The notes beneath the pieces are model-generated. The model was not told the origin of the DNA, did not search any database, and saw only the letters and a program-made list of their open reading frames with translations. A DNA stretch of 64,000 nt from Vicinamibacteria bacterium (GTDB lineage Bacteria > Acidobacteriota > Vicinamibacteria > Marinacidobacterales > Marinacidobacteraceae): positions 1,664,001 to 1,728,000 of the forward strand of contig OZ241322.1 in assembly GCA_965199715.1 (NCBI GenBank). The letters are read 5' to 3'. The position numbers and the translations under genes are program-made. This document shows, one piece after another, positions 1 through 10,575 of the stretch; position 1 is the stretch's first letter; every line of letters starts with the position of its first letter.

Positions 1-662
1 CCCCTCGAGTCGGACCGAGCGTAGCGCGGCATGAGCAGCCCGGTCTGGCGCCCGTCCTCCTCGATCGGGTAGTACATCGCCGGAACCCACGCGAGCGGCA
101 CTCCCTTGACCCGGAACGCCACGTTCCGCAGCCAGACGCTCCTCTCCGGGCGCACCACCGCCCGGCTGGCGGTGAAGTTCCAGCGCGGCACCGGCTGGGC
201 GCAGGTGGTGAAGGCCCCCCGCTCGATGACGTAGTGGCCCTCCTCGTTCTCCTCCACCGACTCGGCCACGAAGTAGAAGTCCTGCCCGAGGATGCCGCGC
301 GCGTTCTCGAACCGCGCCCTCGTCCCGGAAAGGCTCGCCGAGAGCGAATCGGCCACGACCTTCTCGTTCCCGCGCTCGAAGACCACGTTCCCCGTGGCCT
401 CGATCCGCATATCGTCCTCCCACATCTCGATGCGGTCGGCCTGCACCCGCAGGCTCCCGAACCCGAGCTGGGCGTACCCCTCGAGGATCACGTGGGGCCC
501 CTCCCGCTCGACGCGCTCGGCCCGGGTGACGAGCGTCCCCGCCTCGGTGGGGGCGTGGGGCCACGCGACCGGCGGCGGCCGCTGCTCGACGGCGCCCCGG
601 CGCGGCTGGCCGGCCGCCGTTCCGGCGACGAGCGCCAGAACCAGCAGCCCGGCGGAGCGCAC
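1..662 (-). CDS. lptD: LPS-assembly protein LptD, N-terminal part (runs off the window edge)
   Basis: Manual translation from GTG at 662: signal peptide VRSAGLLVLALVAGTAAG, then YVIERGAFTTCAQPVPRWNFTA...KGVPLAWVPAMYYPIEEDGRQTGLLMP, which are the LptD FTTC and R-(S/T)-G-x-L-x-P motifs. Not in the supplied ORF track. Confidence 0.8.
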   Translation of the reverse strand, partial: MRSAGLLVLALVAGTAAGQPRRGAVEQRPPPVAWPHAPTEAGTLVTRAERVEREGPHVILEGYAQLGFGSLRVQADRIEMWEDDMRIEATGNVVFERGNEKVVADSLSASLSGTRARFENARGILGQDFYFVAESVEENEEGHYVIERGAFTTCAQPVPRWNFTASRAVVRPERSVWLRNVAFRVKGVPLAWVPAMYYPIEEDGRQTGLLMPRYARSDSR

Positions 663-675
663 CGGGGCCCCGGAG

Positions 676-1275
676 TTACTGCGCCGGGTCGTAGTAGGGG
701 TTCTGCCCGGCGGCGTGGTCGGTGGTGTCCAGAATCGCGCCAATCTGCGGCACCGAACGGCGCAAGGCCCGTTCCACGCCCTGGCGCAGGGTCGCCGTGG
801 CCATCCCGCACCCCTGGCAGCCGCCGCCCATCCGCAGGAACACCTGGTTCTTCTCCACGCCGACCAGGTCGATCCAGCCGCCGTGGGACGCGACCGCCGG
901 ATTGATCTCGTCGGTGAGCACCTGCTGGACCCGCTCCCGGATCGTCTCCGCCGGCGGAAGGTCGTCGAGGACCGACGGATCCACCGCGGCGACTCCGGCG
1001 CCGAGGGTCTCGCGGATCCGGCGCCCGATCTCGCGCCCGAGCGGCATCCAGTTCTGTTGCTCCTCGGCGTGGACGGTGACGACCTCCTCCTGGATGAGGA
1101 CGCCCTGCACCCCGGCCAGCTCGAGCAGCGAGGCCGCCATCGGCGAACCGCCCAGTTCGCCCTCGCGGTCGAACCAGGCGGACCCGTCGGGAAACAGCGG
1201 CCGGTCCACGATGAACCGGCACGTCGCGTTGTCCCGCGGCTCGGCCCGAATGAGAATGCGACCCGGATCGCTCAT
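676..1275 (-). CDS. NifU/Nfu-type Fe-S cluster carrier (Nfu N-terminal domain + NifU domain)
   Basis: INPAVASHGG and GGGCQGC motifs. ATG at 1275 is preceded by a TAGAAT -10 box. Confidence 0.88.
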   Translation of the reverse strand: MSDPGRILIRAEPRDNATCRFIVDRPLFPDGSAWFDREGELGGSPMAASLLELAGVQGVLIQEEVVTVHAEEQQNWMPLGREIGRRIRETLGAGVAAVDPSVLDDLPPAETIRERVQQVLTDEINPAVASHGGWIDLVGVEKNQVFLRMGGGCQGCGMATATLRQGVERALRRSVPQIGAILDTTDHAAGQNPYYDPAQ

Positions 1276-1324
1276 GAATCGGATTCTAGCCGCCCGGCGC
1301 GGCCTCCTTATACTGCCGGCCACC

Positions 1325-2989
1325 TTGCGGCGACGGCTCGGATTCGGATCGGCGCTGGTCTCGGGGCTCGTTTTCGCGCCCGCCGCGGCGGCGCAGGGGT
1401 TCACCGACGTGACCGCCGAGTCGGGGATTTCGTTCGTTCACGACGCGGGCGACATGGGCCGCCTGTCGCTGCCCGAGATCACCGGCGCCGGCGGCGGGTT
1501 CTTCGACGCGGACGGGGACGGCGACCTTGACCTCTACCTGCTGCAGGGCGGGCGGCCGACGGACCCCGACGGGCTGGTCGCCGGCGCTCCCGGCAACGCG
1601 CTCTACCTCCAGGAGAACGGACGGTTCCGGGACGCGAGCGCCGCTTCGGGAACCGACCACGCCGGCTACGGCATGGGACTCGCCGCCGGCGACTACGACG
1701 GCGACGGGCTGACCGACCTCTTCATCACGAACTATGGGCCGGACGCGCTCTTCCGCAATCTCGGCGGCGGGGTCTTCGAGGACGTGACCGAGGCGGCGGG
1801 CATGGCGGGCGAGGGCTGGTCCTCCTCCGCCGCGTTCTGCGACTTCGACGCCGACGGCCGGCTCGACCTCTACGTGACCCGCTACGTCAGGAACGACCCG
1901 GCGAAGGAGTGCACCCAGCAGGACGGAACCCGCGACTACTGCTCCCCGCAGGTCTTTCCCGGCGCCCACGACTACCTCTACCGGAACACCGGCGCGGGGT
2001 TCGAGGAGATCTCGCTCGCCGCCGGTCTGCGCAGCGTCCACGCCCCCGGCCTCGGCGTGGTCTGCGCCGACTTCGACGGCGACCGCACGCTCGACTTCTA
2101 CGTGGCGAACGACGGCGAAGCGAACCAGTTGTGGCTGAACGGCGGCGACCGGACGTTCGCCGACGACGCCTTCCTCGCCGGCGTGGCGCTGAACGACTCG
2201 GGAAGGCCGGAAGCGGGCATGGGGATCGCGCTCGGCGACCTCGACGCCGATCTCGACCTCGACCTCTTCGTGACCCACGTGGCCGACGAGACGAACACGC
2301 TCTACCGCAACGACGGCGCGGAGTTCGGGCTGGCGTTCGCCGACCGCACCGGCCCCTCGGGACTCGGGCTCCCCAGCATGGCCCGCACCGGATTCGGGGT
2401 CGCCTTCGCCGACCTCGACCTCGACGGCGCCCTCGACGTGGTGCTCGCGAACGGCCGGGTCCAGCGGCAGCCGGCGCTTCCGGGCGCGAGCGGCGACGCC
2501 TTCTGGAGCGCCTTCGCCGAGCCCAACCAGGTCTTCCTGAACGGCGGCGCCGACGCCGGCGACGCGATCTTCGCCGAGCGGACCGACGCCGGCGACTTCA
2601 CCCGGGCGCTCGAGATCAGCCGGGGCCTCGCCGTCGCCGACTACGACGAGGACGGCGACCCCGATGTCCTGATCCTGAACGCCGAGGGCCCGGCGCGGCT
2701 CTACCGCAACGATTTCGAGCGGCGGGGAACCCCGCTGCTGGTCCAGCCGCTGCTGGCGGACGGGCGGCCCGCCTTCCCCGCGCGGGTCACCGCGACCCTC
2801 GACGACGGAACCGAGATCGTCCGCCGCGCCGACCCGGGCGGGAGCTACCTCGCGACCGGCGACCCCCGGGCGCTGTTCGGGATTCCCGCCGGACGCGCCG
2901 TGACCGCGCTGCGGGTGCTCTGGCCCGACGGCTCGGCGGAGTCGTTCCCCCCCGGCGCGGACCCGGTCCAGGGCGAGGGACAACGGTAG
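1325..2989 (+). CDS. CRTAC1 family protein (FG-GAP repeats + ASPIC/UnbV-like C-terminus), secreted
   Basis: Repeated DxDGDGxxDL Ca-binding blades, C-terminal GGSYLA...FG...VLWPDG, and a signal peptide after TTG 1325 (start inferred). Confidence 0.87.
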   Translation: MRRRLGFGSALVSGLVFAPAAAAQGFTDVTAESGISFVHDAGDMGRLSLPEITGAGGGFFDADGDGDLDLYLLQGGRPTDPDGLVAGAPGNALYLQENGRFRDASAASGTDHAGYGMGLAAGDYDGDGLTDLFITNYGPDALFRNLGGGVFEDVTEAAGMAGEGWSSSAAFCDFDADGRLDLYVTRYVRNDPAKECTQQDGTRDYCSPQVFPGAHDYLYRNTGAGFEEISLAAGLRSVHAPGLGVVCADFDGDRTLDFYVANDGEANQLWLNGGDRTFADDAFLAGVALNDSGRPEAGMGIALGDLDADLDLDLFVTHVADETNTLYRNDGAEFGLAFADRTGPSGLGLPSMARTGFGVAFADLDLDGALDVVLANGRVQRQPALPGASGDAFWSAFAEPNQVFLNGGADAGDAIFAERTDAGDFTRALEISRGLAVADYDEDGDPDVLILNAEGPARLYRNDFERRGTPLLVQPLLADGRPAFPARVTATLDDGTEIVRRADPGGSYLATGDPRALFGIPAGRAVTALRVLWPDGSAESFPPGADPVQGEGQR

Positions 2990-2990
2990 C

Positions 2991-4376
2991 GTGCGCCGGA
3001 TCCTCTGGATCGCGCTTTGGGCGCTCGGCTGCGCGAGCGGCCCCGAGCCGCCGGACCCGGACCTCTCCGAGGCCGAGCCGGCGGTGGCCGCTTCCGTCCG
3101 GGCCGCCCGGGAAGCGGTGCTGCGGGCGCCGGATTCGGTGGAGCGCCGGGGCGCGCTCGGCGCCGCGCTCCTCGCCCACGAACTCCACGAGGCGGCCGCG
3201 GTCGCCTACCGCCACGCCGCCGAGCTCGCGCCGGACGACTACCGCTGGTCCTACCTCGAGGCGCGGTCGCTGTGGCGGCTCGATCCCGTGGCCGCCGAAG
3301 CGGCGGCGCTGGCGGCGACCCGCCAGAACCCCGGCTACGCCCCCGCGTGGCTGCTCGCCGGGCAGCTCGCCGAGGACCGGGAGGACGCGGACGCCGCGCT
3401 CGAACGCTACCGGGAAGCGGTCGAGACGCTCGGCGACCGCGCCGAGCCGGCGAACGCCGCGTCGCTCAGCTTCCGCCTCGGCCGGATGCTCGCCGGGCGC
3501 GGGGAGTTCGCCGACGCGCTGCCGCTCCTCGAGCGCGCCGCCGCGCTGGCCCCCGAGTCCGGAGCGATCGCGGCCGCGCTGGCGCGGGTCTATCGCCGCA
3601 ACGGCGACGCCGCGCTGGCGTCGGACGCGGCGGCGCGCGCCCGGGGCCTCGACCACGACCTCGTCATCGAAGACCCGCTCATGGACCGGGTGCTCCTAAC
3701 CGCCGTCTCGGTCGTCGGCCGGGAGCGCCGGGCGTTCGCCGCCGAGGGAGCCGGACGCCCCGAGGTGGCCGAGCGGCTCCTTCGGGAGATGATCCGAACG
3801 CGCCCCGACTCGGCGGACCTCTACTACAACCTCGGCAACAACCTTTCGCGCCAGGGACGCAACGAGGAAGCGCTGGCGGCGTGGGACGGCGCGCTCGACC
3901 GCAACCCGAACCACGTCGCCACGCTCATCAACTCGGCCATCGTGCTCGCCCAGTCCGGCGGCCGCGACGAGGCCGCCCGCCGCTGCCGCCGAGCGCTCGA
4001 GATCCACCCCGATCACTCGGGGGCGCTCTCCAGCCTCGGCAGCATCGCCGCGCTGGACGGCCGCCGGGGCGAGGCCATCGACTGGTTCCGTCGCTCGCTC
4101 GAGGTGGAGCCGGGCCGCGCTGGCACCCACGACTCGCTCGGGCAGGTGCTCGCCGCGGACCGCCAATTCCGCGAAGCGGCGCGGCACTTCCGCATCGCCG
4201 TGGCCGCCGAGCCGTTCCGGGCCGACTACCGGCTGGGACTCGCCGCCGCGCTGGCCTCGGTCGGCGACTTCGAGGGAGCCTGGGAAACGGCCCACGAGGG
4301 CGAGCGCCTGAAGGCCCCGCTACCCGCCGACTTCCTCAGGATGCTGCGGCAGGCGATGCCGGAGCCGAGCCGCTGA
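2991..4376 (+). CDS. Tetratricopeptide repeat lipoprotein
   Basis: Lipobox ALGC and multiple TPR units (YYNLGNNL, HDSLGQVL). Starts 1 nt after the CRTAC1 stop. Confidence 0.85.
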   Translation: MRRILWIALWALGCASGPEPPDPDLSEAEPAVAASVRAAREAVLRAPDSVERRGALGAALLAHELHEAAAVAYRHAAELAPDDYRWSYLEARSLWRLDPVAAEAAALAATRQNPGYAPAWLLAGQLAEDREDADAALERYREAVETLGDRAEPANAASLSFRLGRMLAGRGEFADALPLLERAAALAPESGAIAAALARVYRRNGDAALASDAAARARGLDHDLVIEDPLMDRVLLTAVSVVGRERRAFAAEGAGRPEVAERLLREMIRTRPDSADLYYNLGNNLSRQGRNEEALAAWDGALDRNPNHVATLINSAIVLAQSGGRDEAARRCRRALEIHPDHSGALSSLGSIAALDGRRGEAIDWFRRSLEVEPGRAGTHDSLGQVLAADRQFREAARHFRIAVAAEPFRADYRLGLAAALASVGDFEGAWETAHEGERLKAPLPADFLRMLRQAMPEPSR

Positions 4377-4477
4377 TTCCGATTTCCCGAATCGCGGACG
4401 CCCGGAAATTTGGAAGCCGGAACCGGCGTTCGCATCCAAACCCTTCCATCCTATACGGTTGCGGCCGAATCCGCCGC

Positions 4478-4492
4478 TGGCACGCCAGTTGC
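4478..4492 (+). promoter_or_regulatory. Sigma-54 (-24/-12) promoter of TBDR 1
   Basis: TGGCACG-ccag-TTGC matches the TGGCACG-N4-TTGC consensus, 44 nt upstream of the ATG. Confidence 0.75.
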
Positions 4493-4536
4493 CGGTCTCG
4501 CGTCACTCTTTCTTTCTCCCCACCCAAGGAGGGACC

Positions 4537-7434
4537 ATGAGACGAGCATCTCTCGCATTCCTGTTCCTTGCGGCTGCCGCGCCGGCGCTCGGCCAGCAGC
4601 AGTACGGACGACTTCAGGGGTCGGCGATCGACGCCCAGGGCCTCGCCTTGCCGGGGGTGACCGTCAACCTCGCGGGCGACGCGATCATCGGAAGCAGGAA
4701 CGCGGCAACGGACGTGGACGGTTCGTACCGCTTCCAGGCGCTGCCTCCGGGCGACTACACGCTCACCTTCGAGCTGAGCGGCTTCCAGACCGTCGTCTAT
4801 GAGGAGATCCGAGTCGTCACCGGGTCCACCTTCGAGGTGGACGCCACGATGCAGATCGCGACCGTGGCCGAGACCGTCACCGTGACCGGCGAGTCCCCGG
4901 TCGTGGACGTGAAGTCCACCGGAGTGGCCGCCACGTTCGACGACACCCAGCTCGACGAGGTGCCGACCGCCACCGACATGTGGGCGGTCCTGCACCAGAG
5001 TCCGGGCGTTCGGGTGACGGGAATCGACGTGGGAGGCTCGCACAAGAGCCAGCAGAGCACGTACGAGACCTTCGGCGTGCGCAGCCAGAACCGGGTCCTC
5101 TACGAGGGCGTGAACACCACCGAGGGAACCGGCAGCGCGGGCGGCTACTACGACTACTACGCGATGGAGGAGATGCAGGTCGCGGCGCAGGGCGCGGACG
5201 TGGAGATGTCCACTCCCGGAGCCCAGATCCAGACCACCGTCAAGAGCGGCGGCAACGAGTTCTCCGGCCTCGAGAGCGGCGCGTGGAACCCCGAGAGCCT
5301 CATCGCCGAGAACATCAGCAGCGACCTCGAGGCGCGGGGCGGCACCCCGTCGCCGGTCGTCCAGTTCTACGAGTTCCACGTGGACCTCGGCGGACCGATC
5401 GTTCGGGACAAGGCGTGGTTCTACGGCGCGTACAACAACTTCTACATCGACACGGTGATCTCCGGAACCGACCCGGACATCGCGACCGACATCGGCGATT
5501 TCGACATCTTCACCGCCAAGGTGAACTACCAGATCACCGAGCGGGACCAGTTCATCGGGTTCTCGACGTGGTCGTGGAAGCGCAAGCCCAACCGCTCGCT
5601 GTCGGTCCAGATTCCGGCGGAGTCGGTGCTCGCGCAGGACTACTGGATCTGGCTCCACAAGGCCGAGTGGCAGCGGGTCTGGAGCGACCGTCTCTACAGC
5701 AACATCATGGTGGGGCACATGGGCACGACCTGGCCCATGGTTCCCAAGGCGGACCCGGTCAACGGCAACGAGCCCCGGATCGACCTCTCGACCAACGTGC
5801 GGTCGGGCGCCGGCTGGCAGCCGTTCACCCGCAACCGCTGGAAGCCGCAGAGCACCGGTCAGTTCAACTACTACGTGCCGGTCGGCAACGGCAGCCATGA
5901 CCTCAAGTTCGGCTGGGACTGGCAGATCGACAGCGAGCTCTCCGGCTGGAACACGAACTCGGGAGCCATCCGCTACCGGGACGACCCGGCGCAGGGCCGC
6001 GCGCTGAACGTGCACCAGGTGGACCTGGTCGGCGTCCCGAACCTCGTGGACAACCGGAACACGCACTACGACTTCTTCGCCCAGGACGTGTGGACGGTCA
6101 ATGACCGGCTGACCCTGATGGTCGGCGCGCGGATCGGGAGCCAGATCCTGACCTACCTCGAGTCCGACAACTCGCCGGGAAGCGCCTGCCAGGACGTGCT
6201 GGCGTGCCAGTTCGAGCTGCCGGCGAACCAGAGCCAGGTGCTGAGCACCGTGTTCGGAACCGGCGGGGTCACCCCCGGCGCCGACGTGGCGAGCCACTGG
6301 AACGTCGCTCCTCGGGTCGGACTGACCTTCGACATCACCGGCGAGGGCTCAACGGTCTTCAAGACCTACTTCGGGCGCTACTACTCGAACCTCGGCACCG
6401 GCCTGCGGTCGGCGAACCCCGGCGGCCAGCCTTCGGCCCGCTACGAGTTCCTCGACCAGAACGCGAACGGCGTCGTGGACGACGCGTCCGAACTGGGCCA
6501 GCAGCTCTCCTTCACGGCGGGCGCCGGCTCCGGCAGCACGACCCCGATCGATCCCAACTGGTCGCTTCCCTACGCGGACGAGTTCAGCGCCGCGGTGGAG
6601 CACGAGCTGACCACCGACCTCGGCGTGCGCGCGTCGTACGTGTACAAGCGGCTCCGGAACACCTGGAGCAACTACGACCAGGTGGACGCGCTCAACCGGA
6701 ACACCCCGCTCACGATCAACGAGTGCGCCTCGTGCCCGGCGGGCTACAACCGAACGTTCAACCTCCTCCTCTACCCCGAGGACCTGGTGGGCCAGACCTC
6801 CAACCTGACCACGAACCACCCGGCCGGCGAGAGCGACATGGACTTCCACACCGTCTCGCTGGGGATCAACAAGCGGTTCCGGAACAACTTCTTCTACAAC
6901 GTGTACTTCGACTACCAGTGGCGGTCGGAGCCCCGGAGCCCCGGAACGTCCGCGACCTCGTGGAACGCGACCAGCCCACTCAGCTCGGATCCCACCGCGC
7001 AGGGTTGGTTCATCAACTACGACCAGGACATCCCGACGGTCCAGGACACCTCGACCTACCAGTTGAAGGCGGCGGCCCGCTACGTGCTTCCGTACGACAT
7101 TGGCGTCGCCGGCACCTACCGGTACATCAGCGGCTGGAACTACGCGCCGATCCACCGGAACTCGGTGTACGACGGGCGCGTGACCGTGTACTCGTGGCTC
7201 GGTCTGATGAACGAGAACCGTTCGGACGACGTGGTCATGTTGGACCTGCGCGCGGACAAGACGTTCCCGCTCGGAGATCGGATGAACTTCCAGATGATCT
7301 TCGACGTGTTCAACGCCATGAACGCGAACACGATCGTGAACTTCCAGCTCCTGGATACGGTCGTGCCCTATCAACGAATCGTGGAGTACCTGAAGGGCCG
7401 AACCATCGGCCTCTCTGCGAGGTTGACCTTCTGA
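4537..7434 (+). CDS. TonB-dependent receptor (Oar-like, N-terminal carboxypeptidase-regulatory-like domain), paralog 1
   Basis: SD AAGGAGG, signal peptide, LPGVTV/DGSYRF, ETVTVTGESPVVD, KSGGNEFSG, LGGPIVRDKAWF, FAQDVWTV, APRVG, and C-terminal Phe. Confidence 0.93.
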   Translation: MRRASLAFLFLAAAAPALGQQQYGRLQGSAIDAQGLALPGVTVNLAGDAIIGSRNAATDVDGSYRFQALPPGDYTLTFELSGFQTVVYEEIRVVTGSTFEVDATMQIATVAETVTVTGESPVVDVKSTGVAATFDDTQLDEVPTATDMWAVLHQSPGVRVTGIDVGGSHKSQQSTYETFGVRSQNRVLYEGVNTTEGTGSAGGYYDYYAMEEMQVAAQGADVEMSTPGAQIQTTVKSGGNEFSGLESGAWNPESLIAENISSDLEARGGTPSPVVQFYEFHVDLGGPIVRDKAWFYGAYNNFYIDTVISGTDPDIATDIGDFDIFTAKVNYQITERDQFIGFSTWSWKRKPNRSLSVQIPAESVLAQDYWIWLHKAEWQRVWSDRLYSNIMVGHMGTTWPMVPKADPVNGNEPRIDLSTNVRSGAGWQPFTRNRWKPQSTGQFNYYVPVGNGSHDLKFGWDWQIDSELSGWNTNSGAIRYRDDPAQGRALNVHQVDLVGVPNLVDNRNTHYDFFAQDVWTVNDRLTLMVGARIGSQILTYLESDNSPGSACQDVLACQFELPANQSQVLSTVFGTGGVTPGADVASHWNVAPRVGLTFDITGEGSTVFKTYFGRYYSNLGTGLRSANPGGQPSARYEFLDQNANGVVDDASELGQQLSFTAGAGSGSTTPIDPNWSLPYADEFSAAVEHELTTDLGVRASYVYKRLRNTWSNYDQVDALNRNTPLTINECASCPAGYNRTFNLLLYPEDLVGQTSNLTTNHPAGESDMDFHTVSLGINKRFRNNFFYNVYFDYQWRSEPRSPGTSATSWNATSPLSSDPTAQGWFINYDQDIPTVQDTSTYQLKAAARYVLPYDIGVAGTYRYISGWNYAPIHRNSVYDGRVTVYSWLGLMNENRSDDVVMLDLRADKTFPLGDRMNFQMIFDVFNAMNANTIVNFQLLDTVVPYQRIVEYLKGRTIGLSARLTF

Positions 7435-7454
7435 CCTGATCGAAGGCCAACCCC

Positions 7455-7493
7455 AGGCCCGCCGGTCTCGCCCCGAGGCCGGCGGGCTTTTTT
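7455..7493 (+). terminator. Rho-independent terminator after TBDR 1
   Basis: Stem AGGCCCGCCGGTCTCG / CGAGGCCGGCGGGCTT followed by a T-tract. Confidence 0.85.
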
Positions 7494-7705
7494 GCGGTCC
7501 CTGCCGGACGCGGATTTGACGGCGTAGCTCCCGCTCGGATCCACTCCCCGGTGGGCGGATTCGCATGGTTGTCGCGTGGCGGCGAGGGCGAGGACTCCGC
7601 GGGAGAGGGATTCCGGGCGCCCCGACCCAGCCATGGACGCGATGAGCGAGCCGAACGGATGCGGGTGATCGGAAACGTGTTCGCCGACAATCCAGAGAGC
7701 GCCCG

Positions 7706-7909
7706 ATGAACGGCCGCGGTCGTGGGTGGGCTTCTCGCTCCAGGCCAGCAGATACCGGCTCAGGCGAACAGGTCCCGGTCGCGCCCGCGAGTCCCAAGGA
7801 CGATCAGGAGAAACGCGACGCCATCGTGGAGCGGATCCGCCGGATCAACCTGCGGGCCCCGGCGGGCGAAACGACGCTCGGCCTGCTCAAGAAGCTGCGG
7901 GGTTACTGA
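7706..7909 (+). pseudogene. Possible orphan antitoxin remnant (Phd/VapB-like C-terminal half)
   Basis: C-terminus PVAPASPKDDQEKRDAIVERIRRINLRAPAGETTLGLLKKLRGY parallels the Phd antitoxin tail at 11764. The N-terminus is unrecognisable. Confidence 0.35.
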
Positions 7910-7915
7910 AGGTCT

Positions 7916-8672
7916 TCAGCGGCGCTCCGGGAGCTCCACGGCCCCCCGGACGCCCGAGTGCGAGATGCGCCGCCGGCCCCCCTCCTCGACCACGAGGCCG
8001 CCCGCGACGTCCCGGACGGTGACCCGGCCCGAACCGGGATCGCCGATCACCACGTCGCCGCCGACGCCGTCGATCCGAAGGCTCCCCGAGCCGTCGTCGC
8101 CGACCCGGACGCTGCCGGTCACGTCGGCGATGCGGACGCTGCCCGAGCCGTCGTTCACGTGCACGTCCCCATCGACCCCCTCGATCCGCAGGCTGCCCGA
8201 CCCGTCCTCGAAGGCCAGGCCGCCGGTCAGGTTCCGGATGCTGAGGCTGCCGGAGCCGTCCTCCACGACGACCGCGCCCACCGCGTCGATGGAAGCGTTG
8301 CCCGAACCGTCGTCAAGATCGATTCCCGTCCCCGCGGGCGCCCGCACCTCGAGCGCGATCCGGACGTAGGCGCCCCCCGCTCCGCGACCATCCCGACTCC
8401 GGGTACCTCGTCGTCAGCGAGCCGCCCTCGAGCGCGTCGTCGAGCGCGTCGTCGAGCGCGTCGAACCGCTCCTGGTCGGAAGCGCACAGCGTCGCGGTCA
8501 CCGCGATCTCCGAAGCGGCCGGATCGCCGACGATCTCCACCGGCCCGGCCCCGCTCTCGACCCGCAGCAGGTCCGTCGCCGGCGCGGAGAGTTCGCGGAC
8601 CTCCCGCACCTCGCAACGCTCCTGCACCATCATCGACGCTCCGGCCATCAGAATCAGTGTCACGATGCTCAT
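7916..8672 (-). pseudogene. DUF4097-like (putative adhesin) beta-strand repeat protein, split by a 1-nt frameshift
   Basis: N-terminal part MSIVTLILMAG...YPESGWSRSG and C-terminal DGSGS repeats lie in different frames. Removing one G from the G6 run (8373-8378) gives ...SGGAYVRIALEVRAP. Confidence 0.7.
8428..8463. repeat. 12-bp tandem repeat x3 (TCGAGCGCGTCG) encoding DALD units
   Basis: Three perfect copies at 8428, 8440 and 8452. Confidence 0.9.
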
Positions 8673-8726
8673 GATGCTTCCCCCCGGCGGGCGGACCGCC
8701 TGCGTCTCTGTTCTGGAACGCAGCGG

Positions 8727-10553
8727 ATGAGCCGGAGCTTCCGGGGCGCCGCGCTCGCGCTTCTCGCCGGGTGCGCCGCCCCTCCCGAACCCGCCGCGCC
8801 TCCGCCCCCGCCGCTGCGAGCGCTCGCCGATCCCGCGGAAGCCGTCGGAGCCGAAACCTGCGCCGCCTGCCACCCGGACGTAGCGGACGACCAGGCCCGC
8901 CATCCGATGGCCCGCACCGCAGCCGCGATTCCCGGACCGGCGCTCGAGGCGTGGTTCTCGGACGGCATGCTCGCCGCGGCGCTGCGCTGGCCGCACGACC
9001 TCGGCCCGGCCCCGGCGTGGGAGCGCGACGGCGAGTCGGTCCGGCTCACGAGCGAGGAATCCGCGCCCGTCCACGCGGTGTTCGGCTCCGGTCTGCGGGG
9101 CGCGACCCCGGTCTCGTTTGCGCCCGACCGGAGCCTCCGGGAACTGCGCCTCTCGTACTCGCAGGCGCAGGACGGCTGGATCCCCACGCCGGGAACCGAG
9201 GAGGACGCGCATCCGCTCGGCGACCTCGACCCGCCCGAAGTAGCGGGCGACTGCCTCGGCTGCCACGCCACCGCGCTCGCCTGGACGGTCGGCGACCGCT
9301 TCGATCCGCATCAAGCGATCCTCGGCGTGACCTGCGAGCGCTGCCACGGCTCCGGGATCGACCACGTCTCGGGCGGCCCGATCTTCAACCCGGCGGCGCT
9401 CGATCCGGCCGGGGAGGCCGCGTTCTGCGGGCAATGCCACCGCCAGCCCACCGACTTCGAGCCCCGCGAGATCCTCGCCCGCGATCCCGGCCTCGCCCGC
9501 CACGCCGGCGCCAGCCTGATGATGAGCGCGTGCTTCCGGCGCTCGCCCCCCGAGTCCGCGATCGCGTGCACCGACTGCCACGACCCGCACCGGGCCGAAC
9601 CGGCGGCGCCGGCGCGAGTCGCCGCCGCGTGCTCCCGCTGCCACGAGGAGCCGGCGGCGCTGCACGCGGCTCCCGTCGGAACGGACTGCGCGAGCTGCCA
9701 CTTGCCGACCGAGCGCGACGCCTTCGCCGGAACGCCGTTCACGAACCACTGGATCCGGCTCTCCGACGACCCGCTCCCCGCCGCCTCGGCCCGGGAGGAG
9801 TTGCAGTGGCTCGAGGGCCAATACCGGGGGCGACTCGGCGAATCGCATCTTCCGTTCAAGGCGGCGCGGCTGCGCCTTTCGCTCGCGGAGCTGCTGCACA
9901 TCCGCGGCGCCCGCGGCGAGTCCCGCCGCCTGCTGGACGAGGCGCTGGCTGCCGGCCCTGACTACGAGGGCCGACTGAAGGCGGCCGCGTTGCTGCGCGA
10001 CGGCGGCGCGACCGCCGAGGCCGAGGGCGTTCTCCGGGACGCCACGACGACGGACCCGGAGCGTCCGCACGGCTGGTACGAACTCGGCGACCTGCTGCTT
10101 TCGACCGGACGGCACGCGGACGCGATCCCGCCGCTGCGGACGGCGATCGAACGCAGCCCCGACTCCGCCGGCCTGCGCGCCTCGCTCGGAACCGCCCTGC
10201 TGGGAGCCGGACGCGCCGCCGAAGCGGTCGGAAAATTTCGAGAGGCGCTCGCCCTCGACCCCGGCCATCCCGAGGCGCTCGGGCGGCTCGCCGGGATCCT
10301 CGCCGCGCACCCCGAGCGGGCGCTGCGCGATCCCCCGGACGCGGTCCGGCTCGCCCGGCGGCTCGTCGCGATCGCCGGCCCCGAGCCGCGCTCGCTCGAC
10401 CTGCTCGGAGCCGCGTTCGCCGCCGCCGGCGCCTTCGAGGACGCGGCGGCCGCCGCCGGGGAAGCGCTGCGCCTCTCCGGGTCCGATCCCGCGATCGGGA
10501 ACCGGCTCGCGCTCTACTTGTCCGGCCGCCCGTTCGTCGGGCGCATCCCCTGA
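8727..10553 (+). CDS. Multiheme c-type cytochrome lipoprotein (7 CxxCH) with C-terminal TPR domain
   Basis: Lipobox LAGC; CAACH, CLGCH, CERCH, CGQCH, CTDCH, CSRCH, CASCH; TPR helices in the C-terminal 40%. Confidence 0.88.
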   Translation: MSRSFRGAALALLAGCAAPPEPAAPPPPPLRALADPAEAVGAETCAACHPDVADDQARHPMARTAAAIPGPALEAWFSDGMLAAALRWPHDLGPAPAWERDGESVRLTSEESAPVHAVFGSGLRGATPVSFAPDRSLRELRLSYSQAQDGWIPTPGTEEDAHPLGDLDPPEVAGDCLGCHATALAWTVGDRFDPHQAILGVTCERCHGSGIDHVSGGPIFNPAALDPAGEAAFCGQCHRQPTDFEPREILARDPGLARHAGASLMMSACFRRSPPESAIACTDCHDPHRAEPAAPARVAAACSRCHEEPAALHAAPVGTDCASCHLPTERDAFAGTPFTNHWIRLSDDPLPAASAREELQWLEGQYRGRLGESHLPFKAARLRLSLAELLHIRGARGESRRLLDEALAAGPDYEGRLKAAALLRDGGATAEAEGVLRDATTTDPERPHGWYELGDLLLSTGRHADAIPPLRTAIERSPDSAGLRASLGTALLGAGRAAEAVGKFREALALDPGHPEALGRLAGILAAHPERALRDPPDAVRLARRLVAIAGPEPRSLDLLGAAFAAAGAFEDAAAAAGEALRLSGSDPAIGNRLALYLSGRPFVGRIP

Positions 10554-10575
10554 TCCCCGTAGAATCGCCGGTTCC

